Positions 12,685 to 26,175 are shown, numbered from the stretch's first letter. The stretch: 64,000 nt of DNA from Bilabrum cf. latius (GCA_965178125.1 OZ237760.1:744001-808000); one strand, 5' to 3'. Program-made: numbers and translations. Notes: generated from the letters alone by a model not told the origin.

Positions 12685-14845
12685 TCACCCCATCGCCTCC
12701 TCCAGCAGCTTCACACACTCCTCATGCCCGCCCAATCGAGCCGCCTCCAAAGCGGTCACCTCGTCTCCCGCCCCGTCCACCTTGCCCCGTACCACCAGCG
12801 CGCCCGCCAGCTTGCCCAGCCTGAGCCTCCTGGCCAGCTCCAGAGGCCTGCCCTCGCTGGCCACCGCCCACGCCAGGCCCCTGTCCTGCAGGGCCCGGCC
12901 CGCGTGCCTCCAGCGCACGATGGCCCTGTGTCTGGGCGAAGCAGCCAGCGCCATGCCGCGCCTCCACCCACTCGTCACACCACTCCAGGGCAGGTGCTCC
13001 TCCAGGCACCGCAGCACGGCAGCCGTCACTGCTGGGCCCCTGGCTTCGACCTCCGTGAGGGCTTTGTGCAGCGCACTGCAGCACCGCGCGACGGTCGCGT
13101 CCTCACCGGACGCCCACCCAGACACCACGGCTTTTTCCAGCCGCGCGTTCTCTAGTGACTCTGCAAGGGCATGCGCTCGCAGGGCAGCCATGATCTGCTT
13201 GCGGTTGTCCCTACCGCGCTGAGCTTTCTTTTCCTTGGAATCAGCTCGTCCTCCTTCCTGTCCCTGTCCCTTTCCCGAGCTAGGACCAGCGGGACTGTCG
13301 GGCGACCTACTGCCGTCTATATCCAAGTAGACGTCTATGCCAGACAACGCGCGATTCTTCACCATGTCTTTTCCAGAGGCCGGCCCCCGCACGTCGTACG
13401 GCACCATGACGAGCCCGGCCTCCCGCAGCGGCTTTCCGGCCTCTTTCTCTTTCCTTATGAGCTGTTCCAGGTATTCGGCGAAGTCCGACCTCCATGACGG
13501 CAAGCCGGTCCGGGCGGGCCTGTCTGCAAGCGCGCTCTAGGGCTGTAGCAGGAGGGCGAGCACGGCGGGGTTGCAACCGGCGTTCCTCCTCATGACGTAA
13601 TCGAGCGGCGCCTTGCCTGTGTCGTTGATCGCGCCAAAATCAGCGCCGTAGTCTGCGAGTAGCTGAAGAATGCTCGTCCCCCGTATTTCGGCCATGTGCA
13701 CGTCTGAGTTGCAGCACACGAAGTGTGCGGCCGTCCATCCCCGAGAATTGCTTGCCCGAGCACTTGCTCCATGTGCGAGCAGCAACCGGGCCAGCGGTTC
13801 GTGTGCCTCGGCGGTGCAGGCGTGGAGAGGCGGCGATCCGTCCTGCAAGCAAAATACTAAGTGGAGAGTGATGCAAGCTTCCGATGCACGCATGCAGTCA
13901 GCGAGCGAGGTACGCAGCGACTGTTGGCATGACGTCTGGCTGAGACTCGCACAATCGCGGCTCTCACTATACCCTTGGCGTTTGGATCCGCACCGGCATC
14001 GAGCAGCTCCTTCACGATGACTAGCGCAGTATCCAGCGTATGCACACCAGCGGGAGATTTGTTCGACGAGAGTCCCTTCCGAGAGGCGCGGGTGCGACCG
14101 ACGGCAAGCAGAGCGGCGCTGCCAGCCGTCTCAGCGGGCTTTATGCAATCGAATCCATCGGACTCCCCTGGGCGGTAGTGCCCTGTTGCTAGTTGCAGCT
14201 GGACTTCGACTGCCTGTTTCGTGATCCAGCGCGGCTGTTTATCCCCGGGAATCACGCAGGCCGTCCATCGAGCACCTCGGTGGTAGCTCTTCGGAATAGC
14301 CGCTGTTACGGGCGCACCAAGGCGGGGATCAGCTCCTAACTCTAGTAGAGTACGTACCATTGCAAGATCTTGGCGGAGGGAAGCCAGTTCTAGGCAGTAT
14401 CCGTGAATTGGCTGCGTTCTTGAGATAGGACACCTTGGGAGGGGATCAACTCGCATTGCAGAGGTAAACCGCGATAGTCTCATATATTTTCTTCGTGGCT
14501 CACGAACTATCTTGTAATTGAGCCTCTAGGAACATTGCAGTCCGATCCCGCGCCGACTAGCTTTTGCAGCAGCTTCGTGAGACCCAATTGAACACCAATT
14601 TCAATTAGTGTAGGATAGTCTGGGCACCCAGCAGGAAATGCGCAGGACCGTAGAGCGCTTGCTTGTATCGTCAAATCAAGAGGAATGTTGCGCGCTCGAA
14701 GCATTCCAAGCATGGTCTCCGTGGTAGCGTCATCACCGGATGCGGCGGACTGGATCGCTTTCTCAAACAAACTGTTGACGAGACGGCGGGTGTCGGTTTC
14801 CTTCGCGGTGTAGTACTCGCTAGAATCAAATGACCAAGATGACAT
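12685..14845 (-). CDS. Ankyrin-repeat protein (paralog A)
   Basis: ATG 14845, introns 14503-14412 and 13967-13843. Repeats TLLELGADP, LLDAGADPNAK, GWTAAHFVC, GKAPLDY. TAG at 14507 and 13537; TGA 12685. The 3' ~235 bp is near-identical to paralog B. Confidence 0.75.
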
Positions 14846-14963
14846 ATCGTTGCAAATCACAGGAATGAGCATCTTGGGTCATGCCGCACCAGTTCTCATT
14901 CCGGGTTGCTGTGTCCGCTTGGCGGCACTTGATGAAACCCCCGGGCCTGAATCCATCGCATCA

Positions 14964-17900
14964 TCACACGAAGTAGTGCGGCGATACCTCCAGGTCGCGC
15001 AGGGCGGCCGACTCCTCCCTGTCAAACCTCTGCGACTCGCGCTCCCAGTCAGACGCGTGCGTCCGCCTGAACTCCTGGAAGGCTTTCTGCACCGACTGCT
15101 TTACCTCCCGCTGCTTGTCCGAGGCCCCGCGCCGTGCCAGGGCTGCTGCAAAGGGCGGCAGCCACCTGGGCACATCGTACGGCTGGGTCTGCAAGATGGC
15201 CCCGGCTCCCAGCGCACCCCCGAGCCGCAGCCTGCGAGCGCGCTGCCAGGCGGCCTTGACTCCCGCCGCCGCGTCCTCCGATGGGGCAGGCGCGTTGGCC
15301 CCTTTGGCCGCCTGTCTCACCAGAGCATCCATCGCGTCCCTGCGATCCACAGGGGCCCAGCTCTGGCACGCGCTGCGCAGCGCAGCCGCGGCAGATTCCC
15401 TCACCTCGGCCTGTTTGTCGGACAACAGTCTCCTCAACCCGGCCTCCAGCCTCGCCCTGCCGCTCCCCGCCCAGAGCGCCATCCACCGGGTCGACATGAG
15501 CGCGGTCCTGGCAGCCGCGCCCTCGCGCACGCGCCACACGCGGGAGCCGCCTGCACCCTGCAGGTGGTCGAGCATGGCACCCGGCCCCGTGTGCGCGGCG
15601 CCTCCGCCCAGCGGAACATCCCCTCGCAGCCCACGCCCCCCTGTGAGCTGCTCCTGACCCGCCTGCAGCGACCGGGCTGCGGCTGCCTCGGACAGTGCCG
15701 CCGCGAGCGCGCTCGCTGTGGGTGCCTTGCCCTTGGCTGCACCCCCTGCTGTCTGCTTGTCGCCTCCCGAGTGACCCCCTTCTGCCTGGCCCGCGGCATC
15801 CAGCAGCCCGTCCACCTGCGCCGGGAAGTACCGCCCAAGCACGCTATCGATGGCGTGCTGGGCCTCCTTAGCCGTGTCCTCGTCCCCACCGAAACGGTGC
15901 TGCGCGTGCAGCAGCCTACCGACGGCAGGCATTGCCATCAGGTCGGCAATGACCCCACCGGCACCGCTGGCCGCAGTGGCCGCGGCCAGCCCCACCCTAA
16001 GCTCCGACAGAGCCACCGCAGCGGCACTGTCCTCCTCATCCTCACCTTCCTTCTTTTTCTCTCCCTCATCGGCGGTCGCCTTGCTCTTCTTTGCGAGTCC
16101 TGCCGCGATCGAGGTGGCGCGGACGGGGTCTGGAAGCAGCGCCACGCTCCAAGCCGCCACCCGCGCGGCCCTAGCAGGGGGTCCCAGCGCCACGGCAGAG
16201 CACAGGACCTTCCCGGCCGCCTGCCTCGCATCGTGGTAGGCGAGGGGCCGCGCCTGCAGGGCGTCAAGAAAGCACGCCCGTGCCATCGTGGAGGCATCGC
16301 GCCCCTCGTCATCGTCATCGCCCTCTGCTCCGCCTGCGCCAGGACTGGAGAGCCTGGCGCTGGCCTCCGCCCCCTGCACCACCATGAGCAGAACGGTCCA
16401 CTTGATGTGCCGCTGGGCCGTGTAGTGGAACCCGGGAATGCCTGCGCTCGAGCTGAACCCGCTGCTGCTGCCTGCTGCACCGTGGCCCTTACTCCCTGAC
16501 AGGGGGGCCTGCAGCAGACAGGAAGCGGCGCGCCCCACGACTGCGGTCGCGAGGGGCTCCCAAAGCACCGCGGGGAGGCTGCCGATGGCGGAGTCCAGCA
16601 TAGAGGCCCAGTCCCCTGCCCAGCCGAGGGGGCATCCCTCCAGGCCGGGTACCAGCAGAGTCTCGGCCAGCACGGCAAGCTCCGTGCGCCACGACCCCTT
16701 CGGCTCTACCGCCCCCGCACCGCCATGCTCTGCGGTCTGCTTGCCCGCGGCAGCCTCGGCCTCCCTCGCTCCCCTGTTGGACTCCTCAACGGCAGCTGCA
16801 TCGGGAAGGGCGATGGACCCGAGGACAGGACCCGAACCAGAGCCAGACCCCAAGGCTGCGCCGCCGGTGCCCTACGCACCCTCGGCTGCCTCTACCGCTG
16901 CCGCATCCAAGACGCGCGGGCGGGACGCCCCCGTCCCGGCGCCTGCCCGCCAGCCAACCTCGACGGAACCGCGGTGAGCTGCCGCCCGCGCCAACCCGCC
17001 GAAGACCATTGCAGCTGTCGCAGAGCACGCCCGCTTCTCTCCGATCCCCATCCTCTCCCTCTCCTTGTCCTTTTCCTGCCCCTTTCCCTCTGGCGTGGCG
17101 CTGCCAGTCGCTGCGCCACTACTGCTGCCACCGTCCTCGGATTCGGCCGCAGCCCCAGCCCCCGCGCGCTGGAGCAGCTCGCGCGCGCTCGCGACCGCCT
17201 GTCGGCCGAAGCCCTCCCCAAAGCAGACACGCGCCGCCTCGAACAGCCCGGACGTCTGTTCCGAAGTCGCCACGCGGCGGCCGCCCCCGCCCCCAGCGTC
17301 GATCTGCGGGCCACGCGCCGCCGCCGGCAGCAGCCCCCAGTACCCCGAGCCTGGCAGGCTCTTGCAGTTCTCCACGATGTTGACACCCTGCGAGACGAGG
17401 GCCTGCCCTGTGCCCGACCCGTAGCTCTGCGGGCCGGAGGACGCCGACCCCGACGCCGCGCCCGCGCTGGCTTCGGGCAGCGACTGCACCACCGCCGCCA
17501 CCAGCGCAGAGACCCACGGAAACGACCCCACCTCCACGGCCCCTCCCTTCTCGCCGGCGAACATGGCGTAGACAGAGGGTGCTTCCTTCTGCAGCATGGC
17601 GGGAGCCAGCTCGCCGATGCTCACGGGCGCCGCTCCAGCGCCTCCTGCTGCAGCTGCCCTTGTCTCGGCCTCCTCGAGCGCCCGCTTCTGCACCGAGGAC
17701 AGCAGGTGCCCCAGCACGAGCAGAGAGGCCTTCCGCATGGGCGCGACCTCTGATAGGATCCCGCGGACGGCCCAGCGCCACAGCAGCTCAGGGGCGGGGA
17801 GGCGCGCCCTTGATCTCGTCGACAGCAGCAGCGGCGCCACGGAGCTGGCCGCGAGCTGCTGCCTCCAGTTGGCGGAGGAGGAAGGCAGCGCGCCCGATGG

Positions 17901-20900
17901 CAGGGGCGCGTGCGACCCGTCGCACAGCACCACCAGATCGTCGCTGCCCGACGACGCGCCCGCGGCCTTCCCGCCAGCACCGGTGGGAGCTTCACTTTCT
18001 GCCTCTTTCTCTTCTTCCGACACCCCCGCGGCACGCAGCAGCTGTTCCACGTCCTCGGCGCCCCGCTCCGCCGCCTCCCTCCTGTGGGCATCATCCGTGG
18101 CAGACTCGCCGCTCGAGAGCCTCCCGCGGATCCTCCCCGCGTACCCTCCGAATCCCTGGGACATCATGTAGACGGCCAGCTGGACCATGTACTGCTCGGC
18201 AGCGGGGTCTGCCAGCTCCAGCACTGCCTGGGAAGAGGCGATCGTGGACAGCATGGCCACTCTCAGCTCGGGGCTGCGGTCCACAGTAGCAGCCGCGGGA
18301 CCGCCGTTGCCCAGGATGCGCAGCAGGCCAGTGAACACGCCGCGGGTGCCGTCCTGGAGCGCCTGCAGCGCGTCCTTCTCGGACTGCTTGGGCAGCAATG
18401 CCTGCAGTCGCAGCTACAGGCCGCCCGATCCGTCGCCGGCACCCTCTGCCGCAGCATCGACCAGCCCGCCCGCCGTGATGGCCACGAGCAGCCTGCCAGT
18501 CACAGCAAGCAGATTGTCGCGATTGGCCACCGACACTCCGCAGATTGTGGCCGCCTTGCGCACGGCCTTGGCCACTGCCTCCGTGCCGCCGGCCTCAACC
18601 ACCGCCGCCTGCGCCTGCCCGAGCACCCTCGTCACACCCTGCAGCACCCGCGCCACGCCCGCACCCGCACCAGCGGCCACGTCCGCCCCTGCACCCGCGC
18701 CGGCACCGGCCGCCTGTAGCACGTCCCCGAGCCTTGCCGCGGCTTTAAGAGCCAGCAAGGCTGGGGAGGCCGACTTGCACGCGGCTGCCAGGGCCGCCAT
18801 CCTCCGGACCATCTTCCAGCCCAGCGGCCTCTTGAGGCAGGCGGTCTGCTTCATGGTGCTAGCCATGTACATGGCGTACAGGCCCTGCACGGCGTGGGTG
18901 TTGGCCACGCTCGCGTTGATCACTGCTGCCTGGCACGCCACGTACGGCTCGATGCCGGCCAGCATGATCACAGGGTCATATCGTTTCCCGGCCTTGCTGC
19001 CCTTGCGGGACCGCAGGAGCTGGCCCACCTGCGGTGCGGCCAGCCACAGGCGCGCGCTGGCACGGGGACCTGCCTCCTCCTCCCCGTCCCCGTCCTCGTC
19101 CAAGCCCGCTGTGCCCTCCAGCTGCGCCACGACGCCCGCCTTGTTCTCTTGATCCGACTGGGCTTTGGCCACCTCGGCGCCCTCCTCGTCCTCTTCGTCT
19201 CCGTCGCCGTCGCCTCCATGGGCAGCACCGCCTTCTAGGAGGAGGTGTCGTGCAGGGCGCCTCGCGTGCCTTCCGGAGAAGAACGCGGCAACGGTCTCGA
19301 TGACCATGCCCTGCCGACGGAAGAGCTGCACCAACGCACGCTCGGCCAGCAGCGGCAGCGGCCTCGCTGTGTTCTCAATCAGCCCTAGCTTCATCGCGTG
19401 CATGGCCTCTGGAATATCCCCGCTCGGGCGTGCCACGATGCTGGCAGTCCAGCCGGCCACGGCGCCCTCTGCAAACAGAGCCTGGGCAAGCACACCCGCA
19501 GCGTCGGCAGTGCGGTCAGCCGAACGGAGCATGCGGGCTGCCGCTGCACGAGAGTCCAGGCACCAGGGCTGGCCCGCGGCATCGGTCTGCGCGGCCGCGA
19601 GCCACTCCTCGCAGGGAACTCCGGGGCGTGCGGCGCCGCTGGTGCACGCGACAAACACCCGCTTCGAGGTGGAGTCCGGCGCCCTCTTCCCAGTGACCGC
19701 GATGGCGTTCAGCGCCTGCAGCTGTGCATCGCCCTTGTACCTCCGGCGGCCCCTCTTGCTCATGCTGCGGAACAGCAGGCCCGCAAGCGAGCGCGCCACG
19801 CGCTGGCTCCTCGAGACCTGTGCCAGGCCCGGGGCGGCATCCAGAGAGGCTGGCAGGATGGCCAGGCCGGGCCCGGGGCTGCCCTCCCGCGGCACCACTG
19901 CGGCCTGCCTTCCCTAGGTGTATGCCACGCACGCGGCGAGGGTGCCTACCAGCAGGTGCCTGGCAGACGGCGCGGCGCCTGCCTCGCCGCCGCTGCTGCT
20001 GCCGCTGCTGCTGCCCAGCGCGGACAAGAGTTCCTCGGCGGCGGTTTCGCCCAGCACGTCGCTGGCGGTAAGGCCTTGGCCTTCCTCCAGCGAGGTGCTG
20101 GTCGGCATGCCCACGTCAAGGCAGGCAGCGCGCGCAGCCCGCAGCGCCGAGCCTACGGTGCGCAGTGGCTTGCCGTCCTTGCCCACCGCCGATGGTGCGG
20201 GCATCAGCAGGTGCAGCCCAGCCGCGGCCTGCAGCGAGGGAGGCAGCAGGGCACGGGCGGATTCAAGCGACGCCTGCCCGTCGGCCTCAGCGAGATAGGG
20301 CTCCAGCGGGGAATGGTCTCCGCCCTTGCCGCACCAGTCGGGCAAGAGTCCAGACCCGCCCTGCAGCACGGCCTGCGTCAGGCAGATGGCCGCCTCCCAC
20401 CAGTTCGGGTCACCCGCTTCACCCTGGCTGTGGATGCCGCCAGCACCGGACTCGCCGGCCAGCGCCTGCAGCGAGGCGACGGGCCTGCCCCTCGCTGTTC
20501 CCTGGGATAGAGCCAGCGCGGCCATGGCGGCCAGTGTGGGCCGCAGGCACTCTGCTAGGCAGGCCCTGGCGAGCTGCAGAGCCTCGGCCCCGGGAAGCCT
20601 CCACAAGGGATCCGCATCGGCCCAGACCGGCGAGAGACCCCAGGTGCACCACAGAGCGCCCTGGCTCCACCGGGCGGCGGTCACGCTCCGCACGCAGCCC
20701 GCCTCGGTCGTGCACAGCGAAGTCAGCGTCGTCCGCAGCAGCCGCGCTCCGGCGGCACGCACGGCCGGCGACTCCCGCTGCCCATCGGTTTTCACCGCAG
20801 CACCACTAGCCGTGCACGCGCCCCCCGTGCGGGTGGCTGCCGCAGCCAGTGCGAGGAGGGCCTGCCCCAGCCCACTCGAGGCGAGGGCCTCGCTGCCCAG

Positions 20901-23900
20901 GCCCCTGGCGAGACCTGCAGCCAGGCGGAGCCGCCACGCTGCCACGAGCGGAGTCACCGCTCGGTCCCGTGCCGCCTTGCTGCTGCTGCTGCTGCTGCCC
21001 GCACCTTCACCGTCTTCCATCGGCACAGAGGCACCCCCAGAGCGGCCCAGCTCGGCTGCGGCCCTGGCCTTCGGTCCGCTGCTCGCTGCTTCCCGCAGCC
21101 CGGCGAGAGCCGAGGCCGCGCTGCGGCCCCACTCGCCGCACGCTGCCGCCAGCGGACCGCTCGTCCCCGCGATCCCATCGGCCCTGTCGTCCGCTGTCTC
21201 GTCTCCGCTGCGCACGCCGGGCCAGGTAGTATCACCGCACAGCACGGCGGGGCCCAGCACCCGCGCCGCCTCCCTGGGACAGGTCCTTGCGGCTCGCATG
21301 ACCGCCTGTGCCACCTCGTCCACGCTCACCAGAGGGCTCTGCACAGCGAGCCACTCGGCCAGCCGCCGCAGCAGGCCCTTGCGGAGCTCCGGGCCAGCCT
21401 GCTCGAACACGGGACCCACCAGAGCCCCGACGCCTAGGCCGCCCAGCACGCCCGCCAGACCTCCCGCAGTGGCCGGGGCCACCGTCGCCTCCTTGCCCAT
21501 GGGGAACCCCTTGCTGGCGCTCCACACGGCGGTCCCGGACTTGACCCCGGTCGGCTCCCCCAGCCCCATCTTCGCCTCAAAGTCGTCGGCCGAGGGCCTG
21601 GCCGTGCCCGAAGAGCCGCCCTCGTCCAGCCCCAGCGGACCCCCGCCCACCCCCGCGCTCTCCGCCTGCTCCAGTGCCCTCAGGCTCGCGTCCAGCACGC
21701 CCTCGGCCCATCTGCACAGGCGCGGGGTGGACGCCCAGCACTCGCGGAGCAGCTCCGTGGCCCGCTCGGAGGACACCTCCTCGCACCAGAGGGCCGCGGT
21801 GCCCGGCCGCGGGCTTGTTCCCTGGGACAGCAGCTCCTTCAGGAAGGCCTCCCTGCCTGCAGCGGCCTGCCCCCCCGTGCGGAGGACAGCCCGGAGGGGG
21901 TGCCTCTCTGGGAGCATCCCCGCAGCGGCTGCCCCGCTGGCCAGGACCTTGTCGGGGCCCTCCCCTTGTTCCCTGAGCCCGGGGTGCGTCAGGCCCTCCG
22001 ACTCCGCCACGGGGTCCGCCGCTCCTCCCGCGCCGACTGAGCCGCCGCCCGCGCCCGATGCGGCCGCCCCCGATGCCGCGCTGCCTCCCGCCATCGCGTC
22101 CACCGTGGTTGCGTCCACCAGGGGGAGCAGCCGCAGGGCGGCCGCGGCCAGCGAGGCAGCAGCCCGTGTCTTGGCCGGGTCCGAGGGGTCCAGACCGGGG
22201 AGAGAGGCCTCTAGGATGCCCGCCACAAAGGGGGCCGCGTGGGGCACAGGGAACAAGAGGGGGGCGAGGCACATGGCCAGAGCGTACATGGCGGGGGCGG
22301 CCTCGCTGGACCGATCCACGGCCTCGGGGGACAGCGCGTCGGCGCATTGGGGCAGCAGCACCTCTGCCACGGCCCCGGGGCACAGCAGGGCCATGTCTCT
22401 CATGGCCCTGCACGCGTCCATCCGAGCGTGCGCCGAGGGGGAGAACAGGAGCAGGCGGCACGGGCGCAGCATCATGTGCACTTGTGCCCGGACCGCGGAC
22501 GGCGTCACGCCCACCCCCGGCCCCGCGCCTGCGCTGCCACCGGGCAGCATCCCTTGCAGACCTTCATCTGTGAGCAGCCCCGCCGCATGCCTGCCCACCT
22601 GCTTGCCCACCGCTTCTGCCAGGCTGTTGGCCATGTAGGACAGTGCCTTGGCGACGTGCGGATTGCCACCATTGAGGGGGAAACAGGCCGCGTCCACCCG
22701 CCTGTACATGCGTGCGAAGGAGCCCAACACCGAGCGGCCCCCCGCCTCCTCAGGCGCAGGCACCAGGGCCAGCGCGCCCTCGGCGTCACCCGGCAGCGCA
22801 ATCCCAACATCACCCTCCAGCGAGCCGTCAGCATCTTCCGACTGCATCTTCGCCTGGCCACCCACCCCCCCCGCAGCATCAGCATCCGCTCCCACGCCCA
22901 GGTGCCGGATGGAGCTCAAGAGGCACACGAGCTGGTAGGCCGCCTGGTGGTGCCCCACACCGATGGCTCGGCACAGCACTGCTGCCGTGGAGCCGTCCAG
23001 GGCGTTGTCCGTCTCCCTCGCTGCGCGGTTCAGGTGACCCCCCCCGTTGGCCACCCCCAGCCTGATCTGCAGCCTGAGAGACGCGAAGGGGACGAGCTGG
23101 CCCCACTCCGCGGGGAGCATACCCGTCCAGCCGGCCGGCACCCCGTCTGCCGGGACCGATCCGCTCGTCACACCATCGCCGAGCAGGTTCAGCCTGGCGG
23201 CGTGGTCCGCGGCAGCGATCGAGTCCAGCAGACCGCCGACGAGCGCGTCGGCCTCCGAGCACGTGACGAGTGTGGCGCTGCGGGCCCACGCGCGGGCCAG
23301 GCGGCGCACGTTGGCGGCACCCACGTCAGCTGACGTGGCACGGTCAGGGTGGGACGCGAACAGCATGACGAGTGCGGTGGTTCCGGCACGGCCCGCCCGT
23401 GTGACGAGCGGGAGCATGGTGTTCCACAGCGGCCCCGCTTGAGATGCGGGCACGAATGAGCTCATGGCCATGAGCAGCTTGATGGCGGACTTGCCGTGCG
23501 AGGCCAGGACTGCGTACGGCTCCGCTACGTGGAAGCGCCTCAGGTGCGTGTCGCACAGCTCGAGGAGGGCAGGCCTCCAGTCCATGGCGAGCAGGGCCGG
23601 GCCCGCGGCCTGTGCGTCGGAGCGACCCAGGTGCTTGGCCAGCGCTTCCATGATCCGCGCGTGCTGCGCAATGGAGGCCCGTGCTTTGCGGGAGGAGAAG
23701 GCGGCGGCGTGGAGAGCGAGCGCGACCTGCTGCCAGAGCTCGAGGTCCACGGCGTACTGCAGCTTGTGCATCTCTTCCTGCGCAAATGTGAATAATTTAC
23801 AAGCGCAGGTAGTCGCGAGTTTGGAGTGTGTTCGGTGCGAAAACGACGAGGCGATCGTCTCTCGCGGAAGATTGGCAGCAGAACAATGGCTGAGAGTTTC

Positions 23901-24417
23901 GGCCCACAGTGTCACAGCAAAGGCATTCAGGAAATCACAAGCCCCGGAAGACTAACAACGAATAGCAACACGCTGGCGATAGGCAGCAGATGTGTTTGTG
24001 GTGTTCGGTTCAAAAGGATCTTTGCAGAGGCCACTCGTCCACGCCCGCCAACGCCACCGCCCAAAGAGAGGTATGGAGTGCTGTCAACAACCGGTCAATT
24101 CTACCTCAACCATAATTTATTGGCAATTGTCGCACTGCTGGCGCACTGAGGGCTGTAAAAGCTAGCTCCACGTCGAGCCGAGCACTCCTTGGCAGCACGC
24201 TGTCGGCCTGCACAATAACACATTCTCAGCTCACCATTGCTCTCGATATCCTCATAGCCAAGCCAGAAGACATGTTAGATGCACTACAAAGGGCTTCGTC
24301 GCACATAGACTTCAGTTCGGCAAGTCTTGCGCTCTATTCCCGCGCCAACGACGACTGCATCGATTTGGGCAGCAGATCATTGATGGGATCCCCATGATTC
24401 CCAGCTGCTCCGGCCAT
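14964..24417 (-). CDS. PSME4: Proteasome activator PA200/Blm10 (about 3000 aa, with Ala/Gly-rich insertions)
   Basis: Exon 1 24417-24235 (INDLLPKSMQSSLARE*SARLAELK); exon 2 23777-14964 in one frame. SLPGLDPSDPAKT and C-terminal PYDVPRWLP...FQEFRRTHASDW...SPHYFV. TAG at 24334, 19914, 18414 and 16872; TGA stop. Confidence 0.9.
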
Positions 24418-24643
24418 ATCGATTCTTTCGCTCTGTTCCTATTCGTACTTTTAAAATCGAGCCGAACAGCGGGTTGGAATAGACCGAAGTAGACCTATTC
24501 GAAGTGCGCCCGGGCTTCCGAGTTGCCGTCGACGGGCCAACCCTGGTTGCAACCGCCAGTGGCGCTGACGACCAGACATCCGATCCGGCACCCGGATCGG
24601 ATTCCAACAACTCGGGCCCGAACAAGATGGACCCAGCAACGCA

Positions 24644-25878
24644 TCACTCGCAAGCCCCTCGCACCACGTGCCCCGAGAACACCGCCTCCATGTGCGCCCC
24701 CTGGATCCGCTTGAGCTCCCCCAGGTCAGCGTCCTCCCACCGATCGTCGGGCGCCCCCGCAATCATCCAGTTCATCCCGTTGTCGGCCAGGAACACGCCG
24801 TAGCTCTGCATCCCCAGGCACACGGCCTTGGCTTGCGGCGGCATGGACCCGCAGTCATAGTCCCGCCGCAGCCTGAAGCGAGCACCCATGGGAGCAAGCG
24901 AGCTGCTCGTGTGCGGGCTCGCGTAGTGGCTCGCGGGGGGAACAAAGGCCGCCTGAGACACCGCCGCGGCGAACCGGACCGCGTGCTGGATCCCCCTGTT
25001 CTCCGCGATAGCCTCCTAAACCTCGTCGTAGGTCACCAGGCCGGGCAGGATCGGCAGCCCCGCCGCGTCTGCGCTGGTCCAGCACTGCTGCCTCCCATCA
25101 GCTTGCCTGGCACCGCTCCAGCTCATCGGGAATACCGCACCGGACACGCCGCTCCATCGCACCGCCGCGGCGGCAGGGGAGGACGGGGTAACGATTTCCT
25201 TCGTTTCTTCCTATTGTGCCCGTGCCCCGAAGAGCTCGTAGAGAGTGCAGGTGGAGGCGTCCAGGACGATCGCGTGGCGGTCGGTGTGGAGGCGACGCAA
25301 GCGATCCGGGCGCAGTTTGGATCTCAGTTTATGATCGCGGGCCTGACTGGGGACGCGCTAGGCGAAGACTTGGAGGCGTTCAAGGCGGTCGGGCTGAATG
25401 GAGTATTGGGCAAGCCAGCGAGTGCTGGGTCCCCACCAGCGCCGCACGTGAGCGTCTCGTTCGGGAAGCAGCCCTCGATGGGCGTGTCAGCTCGCAGCGG
25501 GTACGGGCCAGCGTCGGACTCCGACCAATCAGAAAAGTTGACGGGGACGGGTGCAGCTCCCGGCGGAGGAGACGCATCACTTGAGCCGTAGTCTCCGAAC
25601 TGCAACTGCGAGACTTGGCTGCCGTTCACTACCTGATAGGGAATGCCGTTCGGCTTGCCGAGGTACACCTACCCAAACCCAGGATGAATTGGCATCGTGG
25701 TTGATATGCTCGACACCCACTTGTCGGACAGCGGGTGCAAAGGCCAGGCGTCCACTTTGACGTTGAAAGGGTGCGTCTGCGGGAGGATCTGGCACCCGCC
25801 GATCGACCTCCCCCTACCTGAACCTGGCAACCACTACAAGACGAAGCAAAACGTGGATACAAGCGCGGCGACTCGCAT
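24644..25878 (-). CDS. Secreted protein of a bacterial-type uncharacterised family, interrupted by a 149-bp frameshifting insertion (possible pseudogene)
   Basis: Signal-like N-terminus, then GCQILP, GIPY, ESDAGPYP, PIEG, [GG]DRH, CTLYEL, WTSADAAGLPILPGLVTYDEV, HAVRF, PMGARFRL, YGVFLADNG. TAG at 25834, 25669, 25211 and 25016; TGA 24644. Confidence 0.75.
25279..25431 (+). other. Inserted fragment of a response-regulator receiver (REC) domain, antisense to the host gene, flanked by a GGTC direct repeat
   Basis: The + strand reads GVEATQAIRAQFGSQFMIAGLTGDALGEDLEAFKAVGLNGVLGKP. GGTC lies at 25279-82 and 25428-31. Removing 149 bp restores GGT GGG GAC CGC CAC (GGDRH). Confidence 0.75.
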
Positions 25879-26175
25879 AGTACCCCGGGTACAGTGGTTG
25901 CCGTCATTCGGATCTCGGCGAGCCTTGCGACCAAGCCATGCGACAGTCTCGAGTGACGGAAACCCCTGTGGCCACAAAAGACTCCGTGCGAAGCAAGCGA
26001 AGTGCTCGTACGAGTGCCACCCCTTGCGTCATATCTGTTATTGCGAGAAACGGCCCCTCACAGAGACGCGCGGTACGCTTGAGATCAACCCGCCGCTGAA
26101 CAGGGCTGCGCGGCTCGCGATTCGACTTCTGGATAAGTAGCACCGTCCCTGCTTGGAATACCGCTCAGTGCTATA

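Noticed and set aside
14964-14985. PA200 C-terminus YFV instead of YYA
   Set aside because: YF-x endings occur in other PA200 homologs (e.g. plants), so this is not clearly unusual.
7874-23333. Long antisense or alternative-frame ORFs (e.g. 7874-10126 -, 20326-22638 +, 14850-16499 +)
   Set aside because: These are shadow ORFs expected at high GC, opposite well-supported genes, with no recognisable domains.
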